A program made the position numbers and the translations under genes. Shown here piece by piece: positions 39,439 through 50,522 of a DNA stretch of 64,000 nucleotides (the first letter of the stretch is position 1; each line of letters opens with the position of its first letter). Source of the stretch: Anaeramoeba ignava BMAN (lineage: Eukaryota > Protista > Anaeramoebae); assembly GCA_028826165.1 (NCBI GenBank), contig JAPDFW010000058.1:186001-250000 (forward strand), in the 5' to 3' direction. The notes beneath the pieces were generated by a model. The model saw nothing but the letters and a program-made list of their open reading frames with translations, did not search any database and was not told the DNA's origin.

Positions 39439-41316
39439 ATGAATACAAATCCAATAAATGAAGTTTTCTATTTTGGAGCAAATTCTTCACCAAAAATTAT
39501 CAAAAATAAATCAGGAAGTGTAAGAAGACCAACTCAATCCAAATATGGGAATGTGTTTGAAAAACAAATTAAAGAAATTATATCAGAAAATACTTTTATA
39601 ATTTTCGTTTTTAAAGATGGAAAAGTAGTTGAATATTTGCACACAAACAAACATAAAAAAATCCAAATTAAAAATATTCAAAAAGTATCTGTTGGTGTTC
39701 GAAATGAAGCTATTTTAACAATAGAAGGAAATGTATTTGCAAAAGGAAGAAATATTAATCCAAAAAGTCCAAACCAATTTTTCAATATTTCATCATTAAT
39801 TAAAGATACAAATGATAGAATAATTCAAGATGTTGTTTCAGGATATGATTCAATTTACTTATTAACTTCAAATCAAAATGCTTATGGAATTGGTTCAAAT
39901 CAATACGGTCAACTTGGTTTAGATTCTGTTTTATTTGAAAGAACAGAAAAACCAATTTTAATGATGAAAAATGTTTCTAAAATATTTTCAGGAAGTTCTT
40001 CAAATCATGTTTTTCTTTTAAATTCAAATCAAGAATTATTTGGATGCGGTAGAAATAATCTTTATTTTCAACTTGGATTAAAAGAACCAACTGAAGAACA
40101 AGTTCATGAATTAACCAAAATCCAAAATATTCCAAAAGGTAAAATAATTGATATTCAATGTGGTTTTAATCATTCAATAATGTTGATTGAAGAAGATGAA
40201 GATGAAAATGAAAATCCAAAAAGAAAACTTTATTCATGTGGTGATTATGATTGTACTGGACTTGGAAAAGAATATGAAGATACAAAAGAATTTACTGAAA
40301 TTAAATCATCTTTATTTGAAAATGATGATATTCGTGATTTTTCTGTTGGAACTAAACATACTTTGATTTTAACCGAAAAAGGGAAACTAATAGGATTTGG
40401 AAATAATTATTGGGGTCAATTAGGAACTGGAGATACAAAAAGGCGACCAATTCCAATTCAAATTGAACTTCCTAAATTAACATTTAATGAAAATATTTCC
40501 GATTATCATATTTCTTGTGGATATCACAATTCCTTTCTTTATTATTCTTCTCTTTTTTCCAATCTTGAAGAAGATTTGATAAAACTATTTCGAAGAAAAG
40601 AATTTTGTGATATTTCATTTAAAACAGAAAATGGAGAAATAATTGAAGCTCATAAATTAATATTGAAATATAGATTAAATCAAAATGAAAATCAACTTGA
40701 AAAACTTCAAGAAATTATTTCAAAAAAATCAATTAAAGAATCAAATCAAATATTTGAAATGATTTATTCAAACAATTCCAAAATAAATCCAAAATTATAT
40801 TATGAAATTAAAGAAATTATAAATTCAAATGAAAAAATAGAAGAAACAATGAAAAGAATTTATTTAAATGAAAATGAAAATGAAAAAGATTTTATTATTG
40901 AAAGAAAAGAAAAACAATATAAATTTCCTAAATTAATATTAATAATGAGAAGTGAATTATATCGAGGAATGTTTTTATCTGTTACAAATGATAAATCAAA
41001 TAAAGTTACAGATTATAGTGAATTAAGTAATAAATCATTTCAATTATTAGAATATTGGATTTATTCAAATCAAATTAAAGAAGGAATTCAAATTACACAA
41101 GAAATAATTGATGAAATTAAAATTGGAATTGATTATTTTCAATTAAATCAAAAAAAGTTAAATTTATTTGATTTATTAAATAGAGAATTCCAAATCCAAA
41201 AACAAAATCAAACAATAGAATCTAAATTAGAATCTCAAAAAAAATTTAAATTTCAATTCCAAAATAGAAAATCAAATAACAAATCTAAAAAAAAGAAAAA
41301 CAAATCAAAAAATTAA
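39439..41316 (+). CDS. RCC1-repeat + BTB/POZ protein, paralog 5
   Basis: RCC1 and BTB motifs; tandem duplicate including the 5' flank. Confidence 0.9.
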   Translation: MNTNPINEVFYFGANSSPKIIKNKSGSVRRPTQSKYGNVFEKQIKEIISENTFIIFVFKDGKVVEYLHTNKHKKIQIKNIQKVSVGVRNEAILTIEGNVFAKGRNINPKSPNQFFNISSLIKDTNDRIIQDVVSGYDSIYLLTSNQNAYGIGSNQYGQLGLDSVLFERTEKPILMMKNVSKIFSGSSSNHVFLLNSNQELFGCGRNNLYFQLGLKEPTEEQVHELTKIQNIPKGKIIDIQCGFNHSIMLIEEDEDENENPKRKLYSCGDYDCTGLGKEYEDTKEFTEIKSSLFENDDIRDFSVGTKHTLILTEKGKLIGFGNNYWGQLGTGDTKRRPIPIQIELPKLTFNENISDYHISCGYHNSFLYYSSLFSNLEEDLIKLFRRKEFCDISFKTENGEIIEAHKLILKYRLNQNENQLEKLQEIISKKSIKESNQIFEMIYSNNSKINPKLYYEIKEIINSNEKIEETMKRIYLNENENEKDFIIERKEKQYKFPKLILIMRSELYRGMFLSVTNDKSNKVTDYSELSNKSFQLLEYWIYSNQIKEGIQITQEIIDEIKIGIDYFQLNQKKLNLFDLLNREFQIQKQNQTIESKLESQKKFKFQFQNRKSNNKSKKKKNKSKN

Positions 41317-41543
41317 AATTAAAATTAAAATTAAAATTAAAATTAAAACTAAAATTAAAATTAAAATTAAAATCAAAATTAAAATTAAAACTAAAATTAA
41401 AATTAAAATTAAAATTAAAACTAAAATTAAAATTAAAATCAAAATTAAAATTAAAATTAAAATTAAAATTAAAATTAAAATTAAAATCAAAATTATTTTT
41501 TCATTTTTCATTTTTTTCATTTTTTTTCTTTTCAAAAAATAAA

Positions 41544-43535
41544 ATGAATACAAATCCAATAAATGAAGTTTTCTATTTTGGTTCAAATCTAAATCCAAAA
41601 ATTATCCAAAATAAATCAGGAGATGTAAGAAGACCAACTCAATTCAAACATGGGAATGTGTTTGAAAAACAAATTAAAGAAATTATTGCAGGATATAGTC
41701 CAACAATTTTCGTTTTTAAAGATGGAAAAGCAATAGAATATCCACACACACACAAACATAAAAAAATCCAAATTAAAAATATTCAAAAAGCAACTGGTGT
41801 TTTTACATATGAAGCTATTTTAACAATAGAAGGAAATGTATTTGTCAAAGGATATTATATTGATCCAAAAAATCCAAAACAATTTTTCAATATTTCATCA
41901 TTAATTGAAGATACAAATGATAGAGTAATTCAAGATATTGTTCCTGGAGTTGATTCAATTTACTTATTAACTTCAAATCAAAATGCTTATGGAATTGGTT
42001 CAAATCAAGATGGCCAACTTGGTTTAGATTCTGTTTTATTTAAAAGAACAAAAAAACCAATTTTAATTATGAAAAATGTTTCTAAAATATTTTCAGGAAG
42101 TTGTTCAGAACATATTTTTCTTTTAAATTCAAATCAAGAATTATTTGGATGCGGTAGAAATGATCATTTTCAACTTGGATTAAAAGAACCAACTGAAGAA
42201 CAAGTTCATGAATTAACCAAAATCCAAAATATTCCAAAAGGTAAAATAATTGATATTAAATGTGGTTTTAATCATTCAATAATGTTGATTGAAGAAGAAG
42301 AAGATGAAAATGAAAATCCAAAAAGAAAACTTTATTCATGTGGTGATTATGATTGTACTGGACTTGGAAAAGAATATGAAGATACAAAAGAATTTACTGA
42401 AATCAAATCATCTTTATTTGAAAATGATGATATTCGTGATTTTTCTGTTGGAACTAAACATACTTTGATTTTAACCGAAAAAGGGAAACTAATTGGATTT
42501 GGATATAATCAATTTGGTGAATTAGGAACTGGAGATACAAAAAGGCGACCAATTCCAATTCAAATTGAATTTCCTAAATTAACATTTAATGAAAATATTT
42601 CCGATTATCATGTTTCTTGTGGAAATTACAGATCCTTTCTTTATTATTCTCCTCTTTTTTCCAATCTTGAAGAAGATTTGATAAAACTATTTAGAAGAAA
42701 AGAATTTTGTAATATTTCATTTAAAACAGAAAATGGAGAAATAATTGAAGCTCATAAATTAATATTGAAATATAGATTAAATCAAAATCAAAATCAAAAT
42801 CAAATTCAAATTCAAAATCAAAATCAAATTCAAAATGAAAATCAAAATGAAAATCAAAATCAAAATCAAAATCAAAATCAAAATCAAAATGAAAATGAAA
42901 ATCAAAATCAAATTCAACTTGAAAAACTTCAAGAAATTATTTCAACAAAATCAATTAAAGAATCAAATCAAATATTTGAAATGATTTATTCAAACAGAAT
43001 TATAAATCCAAAATTATATTCTGAAATTAAAGAAATTATAAATTCAAATGAAAAAATTGAAGAAACAATGAAAAGAATTTATTTAAATGAAAATGAAAAT
43101 GAAAAAGATTTTATAATTGAAAGAAAAGAAAAACAATATAAATTTCCTAAATTAATATTAATAATGAGAAGTGAATTATATCGAGGAATGTTTTTATCTG
43201 TTACAAATGATACTTCAAATAAAGTTACAGATTATAGTGAATTAAGTGATAAATCATTTCAATTATTAGAATATTGGATTTATTCAAATCAAATTAAAGA
43301 AGGAATTCAAATTACACAAGAGATAATTGATGAAATTAAAATTGGAATTGATTATTTTCAATTAAATCAAAAAAAGTTAAATTTATTTGATTTATTAAAT
43401 AGAGAATTCCAAATCCAAAAACAAAATCAAACAATAGAATCTAAATTAGAATCTCAAAAAAAATTTAAATTTCAATTCCAAAATAGAAAATCAAATAACA
43501 AATCTAAAAAAAAGAAAAACAAATCAAAAAATTAA
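41544..43535 (+). CDS. RCC1-repeat + BTB/POZ protein, paralog 6 (~45-aa NQ insert)
   Basis: RCC1 and BTB motifs; tandem duplicate. Confidence 0.9.
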   Translation: MNTNPINEVFYFGSNLNPKIIQNKSGDVRRPTQFKHGNVFEKQIKEIIAGYSPTIFVFKDGKAIEYPHTHKHKKIQIKNIQKATGVFTYEAILTIEGNVFVKGYYIDPKNPKQFFNISSLIEDTNDRVIQDIVPGVDSIYLLTSNQNAYGIGSNQDGQLGLDSVLFKRTKKPILIMKNVSKIFSGSCSEHIFLLNSNQELFGCGRNDHFQLGLKEPTEEQVHELTKIQNIPKGKIIDIKCGFNHSIMLIEEEEDENENPKRKLYSCGDYDCTGLGKEYEDTKEFTEIKSSLFENDDIRDFSVGTKHTLILTEKGKLIGFGYNQFGELGTGDTKRRPIPIQIEFPKLTFNENISDYHVSCGNYRSFLYYSPLFSNLEEDLIKLFRRKEFCNISFKTENGEIIEAHKLILKYRLNQNQNQNQIQIQNQNQIQNENQNENQNQNQNQNQNQNENENQNQIQLEKLQEIISTKSIKESNQIFEMIYSNRIINPKLYSEIKEIINSNEKIEETMKRIYLNENENEKDFIIERKEKQYKFPKLILIMRSELYRGMFLSVTNDTSNKVTDYSELSDKSFQLLEYWIYSNQIKEGIQITQEIIDEIKIGIDYFQLNQKKLNLFDLLNREFQIQKQNQTIESKLESQKKFKFQFQNRKSNNKSKKKKNKSKN

Positions 43536-43904
43536 AATTAAAATTAAAATTAAAACTAAAATTAAAATTAAAATTAAAATTTAAAATTAAAATTAAAATT
43601 AAAATTAAAATTAAAATTAAAATTAAAATTAAAATTAAAATTAATATTATAATTAAAACTAAAATTAAAATTAAAATTAAAATCAAAATTAAAATTAAAA
43701 TCAAAATTAAAATTAAAATTAAAATTAAAATCAAAATCAAAATTAAAATCAAAATTAAAATTAAAATTAAAACTAAAATTAAAATCAAAATCAAAATTAA
43801 AATTAAAATTAAAATCAAAATTAAAATTAAAATTAAAATTAAAATTAAAATCAAAATTATTTTTTCATTTTTCATTTTTCATTTTTCATATTTTTTATAA
43901 TAGA

Positions 43905-46464
43905 ATGAATTTAAAAGAAGAAGAAAAAGAAAATAAAGGTTTTTTTCAAAATTAAAAAGAAATTAAATTTTTTTTTAATTTTTAAATTAATTTTTTTAAT
44001 TTTCAAAGTGAATAAACAAGAAAAAATTGAAGAAAAAACAATTTATAGTACAACATCCACTGCAGAAAAAATTAATAAATATATTGAAAAACCATTATTT
44101 GAAGGAATAAAAGGATTACATAATTTAGGAAACACTTGTTTTTTTAATTCAATAATGCAATGTTTAAATCAAATTGAATTTTTAAGGAATTATTTTTTAA
44201 ATGAAAAAGTTAAAAGTAAAGAAGGAACACTTATTCAAGCAATGAGAATATTTTATATTTCAATGTGGAAAATGGATCAAAAAAATTCTTTTTCTCCTAA
44301 AATTGTTTTTGACCAAATTACTCAAGCTTTCCCTCGGTTTTCTGGTTATCGTCAACAAGATTCTCATGATGTTTTGAAATGTATTTTGGATAAATTACAT
44401 GAAGAAGAAATTACTCGATTGAAATATTTTAAATTAATTGAAGATGATGAAGATGAAACTCAAAATCAAAATCAAAATCAAAATCAAAATCAAAATCAAA
44501 ATGAAAATGAAAATCAAAATCAAAATCAAAATCAAATTCAAAATCAAAATCAAAATCAAAATCAAAATCAAAATGAAATTGAAAATGAAAATGAAAATCA
44601 AAATCAAAATCAAAATCAAAATCAAAATCAAAATCAAAATCAAAATCAAAATCAAAATCAAAATCAAAATCAAAATCAAAATGAAAATGAAAATGAAAAT
44701 GAAAATGAAAATGAAAATGAAAATCAAAATGAAATTCAAAATCAAAATCAAAATCAAAATCAAAATCAAAATCAAAATGAAATTGAAAATCAAAATCAAA
44801 ATCAAAATCAAAATCAAAATCAAAATCAAAATCAAAATGAAAATGAAAATGAAAATCAAAATCAAAATCAAAATCAAAATCAAAATCAAAATCAAAATCA
44901 AAATCAAAATCAAAATGAAATTCAAAATGAAAAGAAAAAGAAAATTGTAACTTTAAATACACCCAAACAAACAATCATTGATGATATTTTTCGAGGGACA
45001 CTTTCAAGTACAGTAACATGTTCTGTTTGTCAAAATAAAAGTATTGTTTATGAACATTATTATGAAATTTCTGTTGCAATTACAGGAACAAATAAAATAT
45101 TTGAAAGAGATTATTCTCGTCCAAAAAAACAATATGGAATGTCTAAATTACAAAAAAAACATCTTGCTGCAAGAAGGAAATTTCTAAAAGAAAAAGCAAA
45201 ACTTGAAAAGAAAAAAAGAAAAGAAAACAAACCAAAAAAACCTTTTCTTCAATCTTTTAGGAATTTATTTAAAAAAAACAAAAAAAATCATTTAGAAGAA
45301 TCAAAAAAAGAAATTGAAAAAAATCAATCATTATCAAAAAATAAACCAGAGATTGATTTGGATAAATTTCAAAAAAATGAAAATCAAAATGAAAATCAAA
45401 ATGAAAATGAAAATCAAAATCAAAATCAAAATCAAAATCAAAATGAAAACCAAAATCAAAATCAAAATCAAAATGAAAACCAAAATCAAATTCAAAATCA
45501 AAATCAAAATCAAAATCAAATTGAAAATCAAAATCAAAATCAAAATCAAAATCAAAATCAAAATCAAAATCAAAATCAAAATCAAAATCAAAATGAAAAT
45601 CAAAATGAAAATGAAATTGAAAATCAAAATGAAAATGAAAATGAAAATGAAAATCAAAATAGCAATTCAAAATCAAAAGAAAATAAAGTGGAATTTGAAA
45701 TTGAAATTGAAATTGAAAATCAAAATTCAAAAGAAAATTCAAAACCCAAATCAAATTCAAAATCAAATTCAAAAGAAAATTTAAATTTAAAAGAAAATTC
45801 AAAAGAAAATTCAAAATCAAAATCAAAAGAAAATTTAAATTCAAAAGAAAATTCAAAAGAAAATTTAAATTCAAAAGAAAATTCAAAAGAAAATTTAAAA
45901 AAAAATTCAAAAAAAAAATCAAAAAAAAAATCAAAAGAAAATCCAAAAAAAATCAAATTTAATCTTCCAAAAAAAAATACTTTAGAATCTTCTTTAAAAC
46001 ATTATTTTCAAAATGAAGAATTAACAGGAAACAATTTATATTTTTGTGAAAATTGTTATAAAATACAAAATCCAAAAGAATCAAGTAAAAAAGAAAAGAA
46101 AAAAGGAATTTTACGGAAAGCAAAAAAACAATTCATTCTTGAAACTGTTCCAAAAATTCTTATTATAACATTAAAAAGATTTTTTCAATCAGGAATTTCT
46201 TTAAAAAAAAATGATCGATTTATAAAATTTCCTGAAAAATTAGATATTGCTCCTTATACAAAATCACCAAAAACCCCCAAATTATTTGAATTATTTGGAG
46301 TTTCTGTTCATGATGGAGGAATGGGAAGCGGTCATTATATTGCTTATACAAAAAGTCCAACAGATGATTGGTATTATTATAGTGATCTTTTTTTCAAAAA
46401 AGTTTCAAAAGAAACCGTTTTTAAATCTCAAGCTTATGTTCTTTTTTATAAACAAATTAATTAA
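43905..46464 (+). CDS. Ubiquitin-specific protease (peptidase C19) with two large NQ/NE inserts; exons 43905-43938, 44009-46464
   Basis: Cys box [24 protein letters not shown], zinc-ribbon CSVC/CENC, LKRF, His box [14 protein letters not shown]...SD, AYVLFY. Confidence 0.93.
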
Positions 46465-46591
46465 ATTCAAATTAATAAATTTTTTTTTTCACTTTTTTTT
46501 TTGATGATCCACTTTTTTTTTTTTGCTTTTTTTTTATTTTCGAAATTTTTTTTTTCATTTTTTTTTTTCATTTTTTTTTTTTTTTTTTAAA

Positions 46592-47727
46592 ATGTCAAGT
46601 GTACCAAGTGTTTTAGATTCAAAAAAATGGCAAATAATTTTACTTTCAATTTTATATTTTTGTATTGGATTGTTTTCATTGATTCTTTTTTTTCTTAGTT
46701 TAAGAATGAAGTAAAAAAAACAATAATAAAATTTTCAACTGATTATTTTTAAATCAAAAAAAAAATTTTTTTTTAATTTGTAATTAAAAAGAACGAATAT
46801 AGGGAAAAGAAGTAGTACATCACGATTTCGTTGTTCAATTCTTTTTATGCTTTCTTTTCTGTGTTTTTTTCGTTCAGTTTTTTTCTTTGTTCATGATGAA
46901 AGCAATTATTATTTTTTATACTTTTGTTATTATTTAATACCTTTATTTGTTGAATTTTTAATGTAAAAAAACAAATACAAATTTAAATTTTGAATATAAA
47001 TTTCGAATTTGAATTGGATTGGATTTGAATTTCTTTTAGATTCTCTTTTTTTATGCTTTTTATAACTCAAAAAATTTATCAATTCCTTCAAAATGAAAAA
47101 ACTTATAAAAAAATTGTTCTTATTTATTCATGTTTAACAATTATAATTTTTTCAACTTGGATAATTGTTTCAGTTGTTGAATATAAAAATAAAGGAGAAG
47201 ATGATTTCCAAAATGAAGTGTCAAGATTTTCAACAATTGTTTTTGCATTTTTAGTTGTAATTCTTGGCGGACTTGCAATAAAAATGTTTTTATCCATTTC
47301 GCATTTTAATATCAAACCAAAACAAGCAAAACGATTGAAAATATTTTTCGCACTTGTTATTCTTTATGAAGTTATATTTATAGTTCGTGCAATTTGGAGT
47401 TTTTTGGGAATGTTTAATAAAAGTCCGTTAAATCAAAAAATTGACTATTGGGATAAACATCATACTGATGGAATTTATACAACTTATCTTATTTGGTACT
47501 TGATTTTCGAAATAGTTCCTTCTGTTGTTCTCACTATTTCCTTTTGGTGGAATATCAATTCAGAAAAAAAATCTGCTCAAAAATTGAGTGAATCTGCTGT
47601 TTTAATAAATTCTCATAAAAAAGATCAGAAAAATTACCAATCTGGAGTAAATACTTCTCATGATTTATCAAGAAGTGAAATTTATCGAGAAAAATTTGAT
47701 GATGTTGATAATGATTTTCTGTTTTAA
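46592..47727 (+). CDS. Multi-pass (about 7 TM) membrane protein, TOM1/THH1-GPR137-like; introns ~46711-46791 and ~46963-47039
   Basis: Hydrophobic helices across three exons; the last helix YLIWYLIFEIVPSVVL resembles the TOM1/GPR137 EI(L/V)PS motif; acidic tail. Confidence 0.6.
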
Positions 47728-47804
47728 AAAAAAAAGCAAAAAAATTTAAATCCAAAAATGTTTTTTTCATTTTTTTTCATTTTGCTTTTTTTTTTTTTTT
47801 TTAA

Positions 47805-50469
47805 ATGAATAAATTTAAAAATCTTACTTTTGGGTTAATAAAAAAAAATTCAACTGAAAAAATTCCTTTCAAAAACATTGAAATTCATATTGATATTCAT
47901 GATTTAATTGCTGAAGTTATTCTAACTCAAACTTTTGAGAATAATGAAGAAAATCCGATCGAAATTTCTTATACTTTTCCAAAAAATCCAGAACTTGGAA
48001 TTTGTGGTTTAGAAGTAAATTTAGAAGGAAAAAAACTATATGGAAAAGTTTATGATAAAGAAAAAACGGAAGAAAAATATAATGATGGAATTGCTCAAGG
48101 AAAATTAGTGTAAAAAAAAAAAACTGTCAAAAAAGAGAAAGAAAGAAAAAAATTAAATTGTTTTCTTCTTTCTTTCTAATTTAGATTTAAAACAAGTGAA
48201 GTTGAAGATTTTTTTGAAATGGGAATTGGAAATCTTTCACCAGGAAAAAAATGTGAAATTGTTTTACATTATCTTACTGAATTAAAATTTGATGAGGATT
48301 CTGGAATTAAATTTTCATTACAAAAAATTCCCATTATTCAACAAAAAGATGATCAAAACTCAACAATTATAACAGTAAATGTTGAAATGGATTCCGAAAT
48401 TGAAAAAATAATCAGTCCAAGCCATAAAATCAAAACAACGATTAGAAATAATAAGGCAAAAATGGAATTAAGTGAAGAAGAAAATAAATCAAAAATTTTG
48501 GATAAGAAATTTGTTTTGAAAATTTATCTTTTTGAGCCGCATAAACCAAGAGTGATAATTGAGGAAAAAGATGAAAAATTTGCTTTTCTTGCTTCTCTTT
48601 ATCCAAAATTCCAATCAAATCAAATCCGTCAGGAAATGCTATTTATTGTAGATAGAAGTGGAAGTATGAATGGAGAACCAATCAAATCAGTTTCTCAAGC
48701 TTTGATATCATTTCTTCATGCTTTGCCCCCGAATTGTTTTTTTAATATTCTTGGATTTGGATCTCAATTCCACTTTTTATTTCCTCAATTTATGATGTAC
48801 GACCAAGACTCATTAGAAAAAGCAATAGAATATGCCAAAAATATGAGAGCAAATTTTGGAGGAACTGAATTATTGCATCCTTTAACACAAGTTTTCAATC
48901 AGGAAATAAAAGAAGGTTATTCAAGACAAATATTTCTATTAACTGATGGGAATATATCACAAAATCAAGAAGTTTTTGATTTAATAAAAAGAAGATCAAA
49001 TGAAACAAGAATTTTCACATTTGGAATAGGAAGAAATGTTTCGAAAGAATTAGTCTCAGGAATTGCTAAATTTGGAGGAGGAAGTTCTGAATTCATCATA
49101 AAAAACGAAGATATCCAACTCAAGGTTATGAGACAACTCAATAAAGCTTTAAAACCTGCTTTAACAAACATTGAATTTCAATGGGAAGGGATTGAACCCT
49201 TAATGATTTTCCCATTTAAAAAATTCCCAATTTATTCAGAATCAAAATTTATTCTTTGTGGATTCTTGAGAAAGCTCTCTCAAAATGCAAAACTGTTCAT
49301 TCACGGGAAAAATTTGGATGAAAAACAAATTTGGGAAATCGATTTGGATTTCTCCAAAATTGAACAATCCAAAATTATTCAAACTTTTGCAGCCAAAAAA
49401 CTAATTTTCGATTTGGAGAATAAAACAAGTCAATTCCATTCAAAAGATGGAGAAATTTGTCAAGAAAAAGATCAGAATTTTATTAACAACAAAATTGTGA
49501 AATTATCCAAAAAATTCAATTTAGTTTCTTCTTTAACAAGTTTTTTTATTGAAAGTGATTCTGGTGAAGCGAAACAAGATTTAGGAGAAATGCAAAGTAT
49601 TCATATTTCTCAAAAGAAGAAAAGATTTTTTTCCAATTTATTTAAAAAGCCAAGTAAATCAATAACAAAATTGAAATTTATATCTAAAGAATTTTAAACT
49701 AATAATATAATAAATATTATTTTTAGATACAAAATCTTCAATGGATGTATTAATGATTTCTCCACCAACTAATTTTAGACATGTTTCACATATTGGATAT
49801 GATCCAGAAGAGTATCATGGAAGAATTACGGGATTTGAAACAAAGATGGATCAAATTTATTCTGATTCTGATTCTGATTCTGATGAATGGGATGATTTGG
49901 ATCAAAAAAAAGAAGATTCAATTATTCAAATTAATCAACCAGAAATACCTTCTCTACAACAAAATCAATTTGATTTTGTATCAACTAAACCACCACTTCC
50001 TCCAAAAATAAAACCTAATGAAATATTTATGAATAAACCAAAACCTCCAAAACAAAAACCTAATGAAATATTTATGAATAAACCAAAACCTCCAATTCCA
50101 ATAAAAACAAATCAAAAATTTCAGAAAAAATCCATTTTGACTAAACAAGAAAAACTCAATGAAATTATCAATCTTCAAAAAGCAAATGGTTGTTGGGAAT
50201 TTTCAAATGAATTAATTCAACTTCTTGGTTTTGATTCAAAAAAAATTAAAGAAAATTTACCTGATGAAAAATTTGATCTTAATATTTGGATTTCTTTTAT
50301 TGTTCTTAATTTTCTCAATTTAAATTTTCAAGACAAAGAAGTTGTTTGGAGATTAATTGGAATTAAATCAAGAAATTTTATTGAACAAAATTTGGATCTT
50401 GGAAAATATTCTTTTGAAAAGATATTAGAATTAGGGAAAAAATTTATTATTGAATCCACAAAAAAATAA
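47805..50469 (+). CDS. VWA5A-like VIT + vWA protein with an inserted CRIB/acidic/proline-rich segment; exons 47805-48109, 48185-49653, 49727-50469
   Basis: VIT (AEVILTQTFEN...PIEISYTFP, IGNLSPG); vWA MIDAS DRSGSM, GGTEL, LLTDG, FTFGIG; C-terminal LQKANGCW...W helical domain. Splice junctions are in frame. Confidence 0.88.
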
Positions 50470-50522
50470 TTTTCATTTTTTTCATTTTTCATTTTTCATT
50501 TTTTTCATTTTAAAAAAAAATT

